DNA of 61,910 nt, counting the filler. It is 5 parts of 5 records of this genome, joined end to end, with 100 filler letters (N's around TTAATTAATTAA, not from the genome) between each part and the next. Parts side by side here need not be neighbours in the genome. Positions count along the whole stretch, not along the records: positions 8,545 to 28,762 come from DRR378314_2359; 4 more parts are not named here. The stretch is one strand, 5' to 3'. Shown here one piece after another: positions 8,659-18,469 of the stretch. How positions within the stretch are numbered: position 1 is the first letter of the stretch; every line of letters begins with the position of its first letter. The notes below the pieces were generated by a model, which was not told the origin of the DNA, did no database searches, and saw nothing but the letters and a program-made list of their open reading frames with translations. A program made the position numbers and the translations under genes.

Positions 8659-10452
8659 TCATACTTCCGCTGCATCGCTGACATCAAGCTGCACCCGTCG
8701 ACGACCATTCCACTCATCCGCCTTCAATTTACCGACCAGATGCAGCCGTGCATTTGGCCGGATAACTTCGCCCAGAGGCTGGTCTGCGCTGCGCCAGGCA
8801 ATGCAATCCAGACGCCCGCTGGCGTCCTCTGCGGTGAACTTCAGATGATTGGCCCCAACCTGGCGGACTCCCGTCACATGTACAGACTGAAGTGCGAACA
8901 CGGGCTCTGGTGAGCCCACGCCAAACGGACCGATACCTGCAATCTGGTCCACCAGATCTGGCGAGGCCGCGCCCGGGGAGAGCACCGCATCCACGGGCAG
9001 CTCCAAAGCGGCGGCACGCTCCGCCGTAAACTGAGCCATGTGAGACACCATCCAGTCATCGAAAGCCGGGATCTGGTCCGGCTCAAGGCTCAGTCCGCCT
9101 GCCATGGCGTGCCCCCCGCCAGAAAGGATCACACCCTCGCGGGCCGCAGCCGAAATGGCGTCTCCAATGTTCACCCCGGTAACGGACCGGCCAGATCCTT
9201 TCGCAACAGGCCCGAGCCCCTGCCCCCAGCCAATGACAATACTCGGCAAATGAAAGCGCTCTTTCAAACGGCCGGCCACGATGCCGATCACGCCCGGATG
9301 CCAGCCCTCCCCGCTGGCGATCAGAATTCCACGGTCCGGATTTTTCTCCAGGGCCTGCTCCGCCTGCGCCGTTGCCTGGTCCAGAATAGCCGCCTCGACG
9401 GCCTTGCGTTCGTCGTTCAGCGCATGCAACCGCTCGGCCAGCGCTATCGCCTCCGTACGATCATCCGTGGCCAGAAGTTTTGCCGCGAGCCAGGGATCCC
9501 CCACTCGCCCACCAGCATTCAGGCGGGGCCCTAGCATAAAGGTTGCATGATAGACGCTGTCGACCTTGCTGATCCCGGACACCTCAGCCAACGCGCGCAG
9601 ACCTTCATTCTGCGCTCGGGAGAGAATGTTGAGACCTTGCCGCACGAACGCGCGATTAACTCCCCGCAATGGGGACATATCGCAAAGCGTACCCAGTGCA
9701 GCGAGGTCCAGAAACGCCATAATGTCCGGCAGCCCCTCAGGCGGCGCAACGCCTCTCTCGCGCGCAAGCCGGTTAAGTGCAGCAACGAACACAAACACAA
9801 CACCCGCTGCCGCCAAATGTCCGCACTCTGACGTACAGTCTGGACGGTTGGGATTGACCAGCGCCGCCGCAGGCGGGTGATGACCCGCCATCAAATGGTG
9901 ATCAATGACGACAATCGGCAGGCCGATCTGCTCTGCCTCTTCAAGCGCGCTGACGGCGGCTGCACCGCAGTCCACCGTGATCACAAGTTCAGCGCCTTTA
10001 TCCTTGAGATGCCTGAAAGCCTCTGGCGATGGACCATAGCCCTCTTCCAGCCGGTCTGGGACATAGAGGCCAAGCTCCTCGCCCCAAGCGCGGAAATAAC
10101 GAGTCAGGATCGCTGAACTGGTGCCGCCATCAACATCATAGTCTGCGAAGACCGTAACGCGTTTCTTCTCAAGGATGGCGTCGAGGACGATCCCTGCGGC
10201 CTTGTCCATGTCGGCGAATCTGGACGGATTGGGAAATGTGTCGCGTAGCGTAGGAGAAAGATAACCCGCAGCGTCTTCGGGCGTGACATCGCGCGCAGCG
10301 AGAAGACGTGCCAGAAGATCAGATCCACCGACGCTCGGCTGCAAACGGCGCACGAGCGCTTCATCAACGGAAGCCAACGTCCAGAAACGGCGCGTGGCCG
10401 AACTCTGAACGTCGAACAGCATATTGTCTTGCTTCAGGGCAGGATCGGCCAT
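8659..10452 (-). CDS. recJ: Single-stranded-DNA exonuclease RecJ
   Basis: DYDVDG, ITVDCG, VIDHH, GPRLNAGGR, GSGRS and GGHAMAGG motifs of the DHH family; 597 aa. Confidence 0.97.
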   Translation of the reverse strand: MADPALKQDNMLFDVQSSATRRFWTLASVDEALVRRLQPSVGGSDLLARLLAARDVTPEDAAGYLSPTLRDTFPNPSRFADMDKAAGIVLDAILEKKRVTVFADYDVDGGTSSAILTRYFRAWGEELGLYVPDRLEEGYGPSPEAFRHLKDKGAELVITVDCGAAAVSALEEAEQIGLPIVVIDHHLMAGHHPPAAALVNPNRPDCTSECGHLAAAGVVFVFVAALNRLARERGVAPPEGLPDIMAFLDLAALGTLCDMSPLRGVNRAFVRQGLNILSRAQNEGLRALAEVSGISKVDSVYHATFMLGPRLNAGGRVGDPWLAAKLLATDDRTEAIALAERLHALNDERKAVEAAILDQATAQAEQALEKNPDRGILIASGEGWHPGVIGIVAGRLKERFHLPSIVIGWGQGLGPVAKGSGRSVTGVNIGDAISAAAREGVILSGGGHAMAGGLSLEPDQIPAFDDWMVSHMAQFTAERAAALELPVDAVLSPGAASPDLVDQIAGIGPFGVGSPEPVFALQSVHVTGVRQVGANHLKFTAEDASGRLDCIAWRSADQPLGEVIRPNARLHLVGKLKADEWNGRRRVQLDVSDAAEV

Positions 10453-10456
10453 GATG

Positions 10457-10480
10457 TCTCCGGGAATCGCTTCCCGGAGA
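10457..10480 (-). promoter_or_regulatory. Perfect 10-bp stem-loop containing the recJ Shine-Dalgarno
   Basis: TCTCCGGGAA-TCGC-TTCCCGGAGA; on the minus strand the 3' arm ends in GGAGA, 4 nt before the recJ ATG. Confidence 0.5.
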
Positions 10481-10517
10481 TTCTAACGCATCTCAGCCCG
10501 GCCTGGAAATGCAGGGA

Positions 10518-11471
10518 TCAGGCGCGATGATCCGAACGCACATAGCGCACCATGCCGTCGGTGGACGTCATGACGAGCGTATGGGTGTGGACGCGGCCAC
10601 CGGCAGACTTCACACCTGTCAGCATGGATCCATCCGTAACGCCTGTCGCACAGAATACTGTGTCACCAGAGGCGAGCTCATTGAGGGAATAGGTCCGGTC
10701 GAAATCTTTGATGCCTGTCCGCTCGGCGCGCTTGCGCTCATCATCATTGCGGAACACGAGACGACCGTACATCTGACCGCCAACACACTTGAGCGCCGCT
10801 GCAGCAAGTACGCCTTCCGGCGCGCCGCCCTGACCGACATAGAGATCGATACCCGTGTGCGAATTCGTCGTCGCGATCACGCCAGCAACGTCGCCATCGG
10901 TGATCAACGCAACACGGGCACCAACTGAGCGAAGGCTTTCAATAATGCCTTCATGGCGCGGGCGATCCAGGACGCAAGCCGTCATCTCGGTGACGTCCAC
11001 GCCCTTATGCTTGGCCAGGGCCTGAATATTCTCTGCAGGCGTGGCATCCAGGCTGATGATACCTTCAGGATATCCCGGCCCAACTGCGATCTTGTCCATA
11101 TAGGTGTCTGGCGCGTAAAGCAGGCCGCCGCGTGGCGCTATGGCCAGAACCGCAAGTGCATTCGACATGGCCTTGGCGGTCAGTGTCGTGCCTTCCAGTG
11201 GGTCGAGCGCAATGTCGATCTCGGCGCCTTTGCCGGTGCCGACTTCTTCACCAATGTATAGCATTGGCGCTTCGTCCCGCTCGCCTTCGCCAATCACGAC
11301 GCGGCCTTGAAAATCCACTTCATTGAACGCGGTGCGCATTGCATCGACGGCGGCGGCGTCGGCTTTTTTCTCATCTCCGCGGCCGACCAGCTTGGCGGCA
11401 GCAATTGCGGCACATTCCGTCACACGGACCATGGAATCTGCGAGGCTGGGCGTCAGAACGCTATTTTTCAT
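10518..11471 (-). CDS. glpX: Fructose-1,6-bisphosphatase class II
   Basis: VIGEGERDEAPMLYIGE, DPLEGT, DGDV, GGAPEGV and ATGVTDG motifs. Confidence 0.97.
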   Translation of the reverse strand: MKNSVLTPSLADSMVRVTECAAIAAAKLVGRGDEKKADAAAVDAMRTAFNEVDFQGRVVIGEGERDEAPMLYIGEEVGTGKGAEIDIALDPLEGTTLTAKAMSNALAVLAIAPRGGLLYAPDTYMDKIAVGPGYPEGIISLDATPAENIQALAKHKGVDVTEMTACVLDRPRHEGIIESLRSVGARVALITDGDVAGVIATTNSHTGIDLYVGQGGAPEGVLAAAALKCVGGQMYGRLVFRNDDERKRAERTGIKDFDRTYSLNELASGDTVFCATGVTDGSMLTGVKSAGGRVHTHTLVMTSTDGMVRYVRSDHRA

Positions 11472-11528
11472 GAATTCTCAATTCTCCGAACGCGCAAAAC
11501 ATAAGGGCTCTACGCCTGATTAAAGCAA

Positions 11529-12812
11529 TTAGCTTGCCGACTCGACCCTGATCAGGCGCGGCGGATCGACAGCAATTGCAAATTTTTCCAGTCGCGCCAA
11601 TGCCGCGTCCATATTTGAACGCTCGCACCGATGTGTGACGATCGCAATCGGGCTGGCACCACTCTCATCCGCTGAGTCCTGCAGCAGTTTGTCCACAGAC
11701 ACGCCTTCCGCTGCCAGCGACTCGGACAGGGCTGCCAGGGCTCCCGGCTTGTCAGCCAGCCTCACTCGCAGGAAGAAGGGCGCAACTTCGTTTTTGCTGC
11801 CGCTTGCAAAAGGCCGGGCAACGTGATGCTCGGCTCGTCCAAAAGCGGGACGGATAGCAGGGCGGAACAGTTTGGCGACATCACCCATTACGGCGCTTGC
11901 TGTTGGTCCCGCACCAGCCCCCGGCCCCGTAAGCGTCACAGCGCCAACAGGGTCACCTTCGATACGCACCGTATTCAGCGATCCATCAACTCTTGCCAAT
12001 GGATGCGCGACAGGCAGCGCCATTGGCTCAACACGGCACACAACTCCTTCGTCGGTCAGCACGCCCTCTGCGATCAGCTTGATGCGCAGGCCCAGCCGGT
12101 CTGCAAGGCGCAGATCCAGCAGCTCCACATTGTCCACGCCAGACACGTCGACTTTCGAGAAATCGAGATCGGCGGAGAACGCGATCGCGGAAAGAATGGC
12201 GGCCTTGTGGGCTGCGTCCATGCCGGACACGTCAAGGGTCGGATCGGCCTCGGCGTAGCCGAGCTTTTGCGCTTCGGCCAGCACTTCGTCATAGGCGCGT
12301 CCAGTCGCCAGCATTTCCGTCGTCAGGAAATTACAGGTGCCGTTCAGAATGCCTGCCACGCGCTTGATTTCGACGCCTGCCAGGCTATCGCGCAGCACGC
12401 GCACTACTGGAATGCCACCTGCCACCGCTGCCTCGAACAACAGGTCAACCTGCTTCTCTTCGGCCAGCTTGGCGAGCGCCATCCCATGCTTGGCGATCAG
12501 CGCCTTGTTGGCCGTAACGACAGGCTTGCCTGCCTTCAAAGCCTCTTCAACCGCGAATTTTGCGGGGCCGTCAGATCCACCAATCAGTTCGACAAACACG
12601 TCGACTTCCGGATCTTCCGCGAGCGTGGCGGCGTCATCGAACCAGCGATACTTGCTGGTGTCGACTGGACGGTTGCGCGACTGGCTGCGCGCACTGACGC
12701 CTGTAATCTCAATCTGACCTGGAATGCGCAGACGCTCCTGCCGCTCAACCAGTTCAATGAGACCACAGCCGACATGACCGAGCCCTGCGATACCTATCCT
12801 CAATGGCGCCAC
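11529..12812 (-). CDS. hom: Homoserine dehydrogenase with C-terminal ACT domain
   Basis: GLGHVG, VTANKA, EAAVAGGIP, GILNGTCN, GYAEADP and GPGAG motifs; GTG start. Confidence 0.96.
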   Translation of the reverse strand: MAPLRIGIAGLGHVGCGLIELVERQERLRIPGQIEITGVSARSQSRNRPVDTSKYRWFDDAATLAEDPEVDVFVELIGGSDGPAKFAVEEALKAGKPVVTANKALIAKHGMALAKLAEEKQVDLLFEAAVAGGIPVVRVLRDSLAGVEIKRVAGILNGTCNFLTTEMLATGRAYDEVLAEAQKLGYAEADPTLDVSGMDAAHKAAILSAIAFSADLDFSKVDVSGVDNVELLDLRLADRLGLRIKLIAEGVLTDEGVVCRVEPMALPVAHPLARVDGSLNTVRIEGDPVGAVTLTGPGAGAGPTASAVMGDVAKLFRPAIRPAFGRAEHHVARPFASGSKNEVAPFFLRVRLADKPGALAALSESLAAEGVSVDKLLQDSADESGASPIAIVTHRCERSNMDAALARLEKFAIAVDPPRLIRVESAS

Positions 12813-12890
12813 GTAAGTGCCCCTTCCTCTTTCAGAGTTACGTCAGGGGCAGCGCATAGCGGGTTTGGGCGAATGCGTCGAGGGTGCGCG

Positions 12891-14099
12891 CTACTCTGCC
12901 GCGGCAGGCTGGATATCCTTGATGCCGCGCGCTTGCAGGAACTTGCGAATGTTGCGCGCTGCCTGGCGAATACGTTGTTCGTTTTCCACCAGTGCAATGC
13001 GGACATGTCCATCCCCCTGCTCACCAAATCCGGCACCTGGCGCCACGGCCACATGTGCCTCATTAATGAGTTGGAGCGAGAACTCCAGACTGCCCATATC
13101 GCGTAACTGTTCGGGTATGGGCGCCCAGGCAAACATTGACGCTTTGGGTGAAGGTATCGGCCAACCGGCCCGCGTGAAGCTCTCGACGAGGACGTCACGA
13201 CGTGCGCGATAGATCTGGCGAAACTCATCGACACAATCCTGCGGACCATCCAGAGCGGCAGCCGCAGCAACCTGAATGGGCGTATATGCGCCGTAGTCGA
13301 GATAGGATTTTACCCGCGCAAGAGCACCGACAAGCTTTTCATTGCCCGCCACGAAACCGATCCGCCAACCGGCCATTGAATAGGTCTTCGACATGGTCGT
13401 GAACTCTACGGCGATGCCCTTTGCACCGTCGACCTGCAGGATCGAGGGCGTGGGTTCATCGAAGTAGATCTCGTTATAGGCAAGATCGGACAAGACGATC
13501 AGGTCATGCTTTCGCGCGAACTTTACCGCCTCCTTGTAGAAGTCCAGATCACAAACTTCAGCGGTCGGGTTCGACGGGAAACACAACACCATCGCCGTCG
13601 GAGGCGGCACACAATACTTCACAGCCTTGCTGAGATTGGACAGATATTGTTCCGGCGTATGCGCCGGTACACTGCGGATGGACGCCCCCGCAATGATGAA
13701 GCCGAACGAATGCAACGGATAGGACGGATCCGGCGACAGGATCACATCACCCGGCGCAGAAATCGCCTGAGCGAGGTTTGCAAAGCCCTCCTTGGAGCCG
13801 AGCGTGACGATCACTTCGCGATCCATATCAAGCGAAACGTCGAAGCGGCGCTGATAGTAGTTTGTAACAGCGCGTCGCAGGCCCTTGATCCCGCGCGACG
13901 CGGAATAGCCATTTACGTCCGGACGGCGCGCCGTCTCGCACAGTTTGTCGACGATATGCTCAGGCGTCGGCATGTCTGGATTGCCCATGCCGAGATCAAT
14001 GATATCCGCGCCCTGCGCGCGAAGCGATGCCTTGGTGCGGTTTACCTGTTCAAAGACGTAAGGCGGAAGTCTGCGGATCTTGTGGAAGTCTGTATTCAT
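12891..14099 (-). CDS. alaC: PLP-dependent class I aminotransferase (AlaC / LL-DAP aminotransferase-like)
   Basis: RLPPYVF, DLGMGNPD, GSKEG, DLAY and SKTYSMAGWRIG; position next to hom; substrate uncertain. Confidence 0.8.
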   Translation of the reverse strand: MNTDFHKIRRLPPYVFEQVNRTKASLRAQGADIIDLGMGNPDMPTPEHIVDKLCETARRPDVNGYSASRGIKGLRRAVTNYYQRRFDVSLDMDREVIVTLGSKEGFANLAQAISAPGDVILSPDPSYPLHSFGFIIAGASIRSVPAHTPEQYLSNLSKAVKYCVPPPTAMVLCFPSNPTAEVCDLDFYKEAVKFARKHDLIVLSDLAYNEIYFDEPTPSILQVDGAKGIAVEFTTMSKTYSMAGWRIGFVAGNEKLVGALARVKSYLDYGAYTPIQVAAAAALDGPQDCVDEFRQIYRARRDVLVESFTRAGWPIPSPKASMFAWAPIPEQLRDMGSLEFSLQLINEAHVAVAPGAGFGEQGDGHVRIALVENEQRIRQAARNIRKFLQARGIKDIQPAAAE

Positions 14100-14533
14100 C
14101 TCTTGGCGGCCCGGAGGCCCCTCGTAACTCGTGGAACATCGAAAGCGGATCGGATGGCCTCGATCTCTTCATCCGTCAGGAATTCAGAGTTGGCCTGAGC
14201 GCCCGCAAATCCGCGCCGGACGGTTTCCCGAAGGTCCTCGATCTCGGCAGCGGTATTTGCGGGCTCAACCGCTCGCGCATTTTCCGCAAAGACCGCTCGC
14301 AATTCTGCGCCGCGGGCTTTTGATGCTTCAAGAGTTTGTCCCGGCGCCTGATTTTCGGCGATAACCGGGACATCAATGATTTTCGGGTAGCCTTCACCAC
14401 GAATTTCAACACGGCGGGCATCATACCATTCCGGTGCCTGATCGATGGCCGTCCGCACCTTCGCGAACGAGCCCGTGCACCCTGCCAAAAGCAGACAGCA
14501 CACGCCTATCAGGGGAATCGCCGTGTTTTTCAT
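14096..14533 (-). CDS. Hypothetical lipoprotein
   Basis: MKNTAIPLIGVCCLLLAGC lipobox-like signal; stop overlaps the start of the aminotransferase. Confidence 0.7.
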   Translation of the reverse strand: MKNTAIPLIGVCCLLLAGCTGSFAKVRTAIDQAPEWYDARRVEIRGEGYPKIIDVPVIAENQAPGQTLEASKARGAELRAVFAENARAVEPANTAAEIEDLRETVRRGFAGAQANSEFLTDEEIEAIRSAFDVPRVTRGLRAAKR

Positions 14534-14605
14534 GGTTAAACTCATTAAATCACAATCATTCAGTAGAATACTTACAGGTGGCTAAACAAGGCGATATTGG
14601 GACGA

Positions 14606-16435
14606 ATGGTCGACCGCAAGGACAATAAAGACAGTCAGCCCCTGCTCACAGAGATTCTGAGCCAGCAAGATCCCGCGCAGATGCAAACCCTGCTGACCAC
14701 GCTGGCGCTGGCGAATACCGAGTCTCATGCGCTGTTGCTAGATGTTCTTTCAGGCTCAGGTCCACTCGGCACCGTTTCCAATGGTGACCCGATGGGCGTG
14801 GGCGAGGCTTTCCGGGCTGTTGGCCAGGGATTTGCCCGCAACCCCGCCGCTCTCATGACAGCCAACATGCAGCTCATGCAAGGCTGGATGGAGCTTTGGC
14901 AGGAAATGGCGCTGGAAGGCATGACCGGGTCAAGCAAGCCGGCACGCGACAAGCGCTTCTCGGACCCTGAATGGGAACGCAATCCCGGTTTCAAGTTTAT
15001 CCGAAAGGCTTACGACCTGAATGCCAAATGGCTGATGGGCCTCGCGGATCACGTGAAGGACGAGATACCGGACAATATTCATCTCCGCGCCAAATTCTTC
15101 AGCCAGCAACTCGCTGACAGCCTTGCCCCGACCAATCACCTCGGCAGCAACCCACAGGCTCTCCGGCGCTTCATTGAAAGTGGCGGTGACAGCATCCTCG
15201 CCGGCATTCGCATGGCGCGCGAAGACGTCAAGAAGGGCAATGGCAAGCTCTACATCACCCAGACCGACGAAACCCCCTTCAAGCTTGGCGACAATATTGC
15301 CACCGCACCCGGCGAAGTCGTCTTTCGGAATGATCTGATCGAGTTGATCCAGTACAAACCGACAGGCGAACAGACCTATGCGCGTCCGCTGCTGATCTTC
15401 CCGCCCTGGATCAACAAATTCTATATTCTCGACCTGCGCGAAGAGAACTCGATGATCCGGTGGCTTCTCGATAAGGGATTGTCGGTTTTTGTCGTCTCAT
15501 GGCGCTCTGCCGACGACGTCACGCGCGACTACACCTGGAATGACTACGTCAAGAACGGCATCTACGCTGCGGTCGAAGCCACGCTTCAGGCAACCGGACA
15601 AAAAGGATTGAACACGGTCGGCTATTGCATCGGCGGCACGCTCCTGTCCTCCGCCCTTGGCCATATGGCGAAAACCGGCGACGACCGGATCAAGTCAGCG
15701 ACGTTCTTTGCCTCCCAGTCCGACTTCAGCCTTGCGGGAGACCTCAAGGTATTCACGGACGACAATGGCCGCGGCTACATCGACTCCATCATAGAAGAGC
15801 ATAATGGCATCATGCCGGGCTCCATGATGTATGAGACCTTTAACTGGCTGCGCCCAATCGATCTGGTCTGGCGATACGTCATTGACCAATACATGCTCGG
15901 CAAGGAACCGCGCCCGTTTGACCTGCTCTACTGGAACGCAGACCAGACAAACATTCCTGGCAAGGTGCACCGAAAATACCTCAAGGATTGCTACGCCAAG
16001 AACAAGCTGGCGCGCGGCAAATTCAAGGTTCTGGGCGAGACGGTCGACCTCAAACAGGTAGATATCCCGATCATGGTTCAGGCCAGCCGCGACGATCACA
16101 TCTGCCCGATGGAAAGCGTGTATCGCACGGCCAAAGTGTTCGGCGGCAAGACACAGTTTATTCTGGCAGCCTCCGGCCATATCGCTGGCGTAGTGAACCA
16201 TCCGGACTCCGGAAAGTACTGCCACTGGACGAACGATTCCGCCCTCCCCGATACCGGAGCGGAATGGCTCGACGGTGCGGAGGAGCATGCCGGCTCCTGG
16301 TGGCCCACCTGGTGGAATTGGCTTCGACCGAAGTCAGGCCGCAAAGTGGTGGCGAAGCAGCCAAAGGACATGGACCTTGGCAGCGCGCCTGGCACATATG
16401 CCAGAGTGCGCCTCGAAGACATCAAGCTGGGTTAG
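14606..16435 (+). CDS. phaC: Class I poly(3-hydroxyalkanoate) synthase
   Basis: DKRF, PPWINKFYILDL, lipase box GYCIGG, DLLYWNAD, DHI, SGHIAG and GSWWP. Confidence 0.97.
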   Translation: MVDRKDNKDSQPLLTEILSQQDPAQMQTLLTTLALANTESHALLLDVLSGSGPLGTVSNGDPMGVGEAFRAVGQGFARNPAALMTANMQLMQGWMELWQEMALEGMTGSSKPARDKRFSDPEWERNPGFKFIRKAYDLNAKWLMGLADHVKDEIPDNIHLRAKFFSQQLADSLAPTNHLGSNPQALRRFIESGGDSILAGIRMAREDVKKGNGKLYITQTDETPFKLGDNIATAPGEVVFRNDLIELIQYKPTGEQTYARPLLIFPPWINKFYILDLREENSMIRWLLDKGLSVFVVSWRSADDVTRDYTWNDYVKNGIYAAVEATLQATGQKGLNTVGYCIGGTLLSSALGHMAKTGDDRIKSATFFASQSDFSLAGDLKVFTDDNGRGYIDSIIEEHNGIMPGSMMYETFNWLRPIDLVWRYVIDQYMLGKEPRPFDLLYWNADQTNIPGKVHRKYLKDCYAKNKLARGKFKVLGETVDLKQVDIPIMVQASRDDHICPMESVYRTAKVFGGKTQFILAASGHIAGVVNHPDSGKYCHWTNDSALPDTGAEWLDGAEEHAGSWWPTWWNWLRPKSGRKVVAKQPKDMDLGSAPGTYARVRLEDIKLG

Positions 16436-16440
16436 TTGGC

Positions 16441-17388
16441 TCAGGCCGAGAGGCCGGCGTCCTCATCCAGTCCCAAAGCGATGTTGAGGTTTTGAACAGC
16501 CGCGCCGGAAGCGCCTTTACCGAGATTGTCGAACCGGGCAACGAGCCGCGCTTCTTCATCTGAACCGAATACGAAAAGATCGATCCGGTTTGTGCCATTG
16601 CAAGCCTCTGGCTCGACCCCCTTCAGCGCGTCACAGTGAGCAATTGCGGCAACATCGACAAAACGCTCGCCAGCATAAGCGGCTGTCAGCGCACTGTGGA
16701 CCTGGGCGCGGGTGGGTTTGCCCGGCAACGCCCAGAGCGGCAGACCGATCTCGACAATCATGCCCTGCGCATAGCGGCCAACGGACGGCATGAAGACGGG
16801 CTTGTTTGCCAGCTTTGAGAACTTCTTCATCTCCGGCGGATGCTTGTGTGCCTGACCCAATGCATAGATCCGGTGATTGTCTTCGGTATAATCCTCAGAC
16901 TGGGCATCCTCGAATTCGGCAATCATCGCCTTGCCGCCACCCGAATAGCCGGACACAGCAGAAACCACGACTGGCCAGGATGCCGGAAGCAGCCCCGCCG
17001 ATACCAAGGGCCTTACCAGAGCGATCACGCCGGTTGGATAGCAGCCCGGATTGGAGATCCGACGAGATGCCTGAATGGCAGCGCGCTGGCCTTTGTCCAT
17101 CTCGGCAAAGCCATAGGTCCAGCCACTCGCGACACGGTGCGCTGTCGAAGCGTCAATGATCACAGTGTTGGGATTGGTTACCAGCGATACCGCAAGCCGC
17201 GCCGCGTCATCCGGCAAGCACAGGATCACCGCATCGGACTCATTCATCAAACGCGCGCGCTCGTCATTGTCCTTGCGTTTTGCGGGGTCGATGGAAACGA
17301 GCTCAATATCGCTTCGCGCGCGGAGGCGCTCGGCAATCTGAAGTCCCGTTGTTCCGGCTTCGCCATCAATGAATACTTTAGGCAGCAT
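16441..17388 (-). CDS. argC: N-acetyl-gamma-glutamyl-phosphate reductase (type 2)
   Basis: KVFIDGEAGTTG, DASTAHR, NPGCYPT, SGYSGGG and DNLGKGASGAAVQN. Confidence 0.96.
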   Translation of the reverse strand: MLPKVFIDGEAGTTGLQIAERLRARSDIELVSIDPAKRKDNDERARLMNESDAVILCLPDDAARLAVSLVTNPNTVIIDASTAHRVASGWTYGFAEMDKGQRAAIQASRRISNPGCYPTGVIALVRPLVSAGLLPASWPVVVSAVSGYSGGGKAMIAEFEDAQSEDYTEDNHRIYALGQAHKHPPEMKKFSKLANKPVFMPSVGRYAQGMIVEIGLPLWALPGKPTRAQVHSALTAAYAGERFVDVAAIAHCDALKGVEPEACNGTNRIDLFVFGSDEEARLVARFDNLGKGASGAAVQNLNIALGLDEDAGLSA

Positions 17389-17413
17389 GGCGGGTTCATC
17401 CCCAATTCTGGAC

Positions 17414-17449
17414 AAAATAAAACGGGCGCTCCGTCTCCGAAGCGCCCGC
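17414..17449 (-). terminator. Intrinsic terminator of rplM-rpsI
   Basis: Minus strand GCGGGCGCTTCG-GAGA-CGGAGCGCCCGT followed by TTTATTTT, just downstream of rpsI. Confidence 0.8.
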
Positions 17450-17475
17450 CTGAATATATGTATTCGGTGTGCGGT

Positions 17476-17961
17476 CTAGCGCTTCGAGAACTGGAAGCTG
17501 CGGCGAGCTTTCGCGCGGCCGTACTTCTTGCGTTCGACAACGCGCGGGTCACGGGTCATGAAGCCGAACGGTTTCAGAACCTTGCGAAGGCCTGGCTCAT
17601 AGTTGACCAGAGCGCGCGACAGGCCGTGACGCACTGCGCCAGCCTGACCGGAAAGGCCGGAACCCTTCACAGTTGCGATCACGTCAAACTCACCTTCGCG
17701 GCCAGCTTCAACCAGCGGCTGGGCAATCACCATGCGCAGCACAGGGCGCGCAAAGTATTGCTCCTGATCGCGACCATTGATCGTGACCTTGCCGGTGCCC
17801 GGCTTGATCCAAACGCGTGCGACAGCCTCTTTCCGGCGACCCGTGCCGTAGGCGCGGCCTTGAGCGTCGATCTTCGGCTCAACCGGGGCTGCCGGAGCTT
17901 CAGCTTCCGTTGCGCCGGACATGGCGCCAAGTTCCTGGAGGGAGTTTGCAGTGTCAGTCAT
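17476..17961 (-). CDS. rpsI: 30S ribosomal protein S9
   Basis: [26 protein letters not shown] and [19 protein letters not shown]. Confidence 0.99.
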   Translation of the reverse strand: MTDTANSLQELGAMSGATEAEAPAAPVEPKIDAQGRAYGTGRRKEAVARVWIKPGTGKVTINGRDQEQYFARPVLRMVIAQPLVEAGREGEFDVIATVKGSGLSGQAGAVRHGLSRALVNYEPGLRKVLKPFGFMTRDPRVVERKKYGRAKARRSFQFSKR

Positions 17962-17966
17962 GTTGA

Positions 17967-18431
17967 TCAGGCCGCCTTGGTGTTCTTGCGGTTCATGGCT
18001 TTGAAGTCGACAGCGTCGGGCTTCTGGGCCTCGTGTGGGTGCTCCGCGCCGCCATATACGTGCAGTTTCGAGAACTGCTTGCGCGCCAGCGGGCTTTCTT
18101 TCGGCATCATGCGCTTCACGGCGAGTTCGATCGCGCGCTCAGGGAAACGGCCGTTGAGAATTTTCTCAGGCGTCGTGGACTTGATACCGCCCGGATAACC
18201 GGTGTGACGGTAGTAGGTCTTGTCGGTCATCTTGCGACCGGTGAATTTCACCTTGTCAGCGTTGATGATGACGACGTGATCGCCCGTATCAATATGAGGT
18301 GTAAAGTCAGCGCGGTGCTTGCCGCGAAGGCGCTTGGCAACATATGAAGCAAGGCGTCCGACGACGACATCGGTCGCGTCGATCACGACCCAGTTGTGCT
18401 CTACGTTGGCTGGTGCGTTATAGGTTTTCAT
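17967..18431 (-). CDS. rplM: 50S ribosomal protein L13
   Basis: [30 protein letters not shown] and HPHEAQKP. Confidence 0.99.
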   Translation of the reverse strand: MKTYNAPANVEHNWVVIDATDVVVGRLASYVAKRLRGKHRADFTPHIDTGDHVVIINADKVKFTGRKMTDKTYYRHTGYPGGIKSTTPEKILNGRFPERAIELAVKRMMPKESPLARKQFSKLHVYGGAEHPHEAQKPDAVDFKAMNRKNTKAA

Positions 18432-18469
18432 CGCTCTACTAAGAGCCTCTCGCTTTCGGAGTTCATGGA

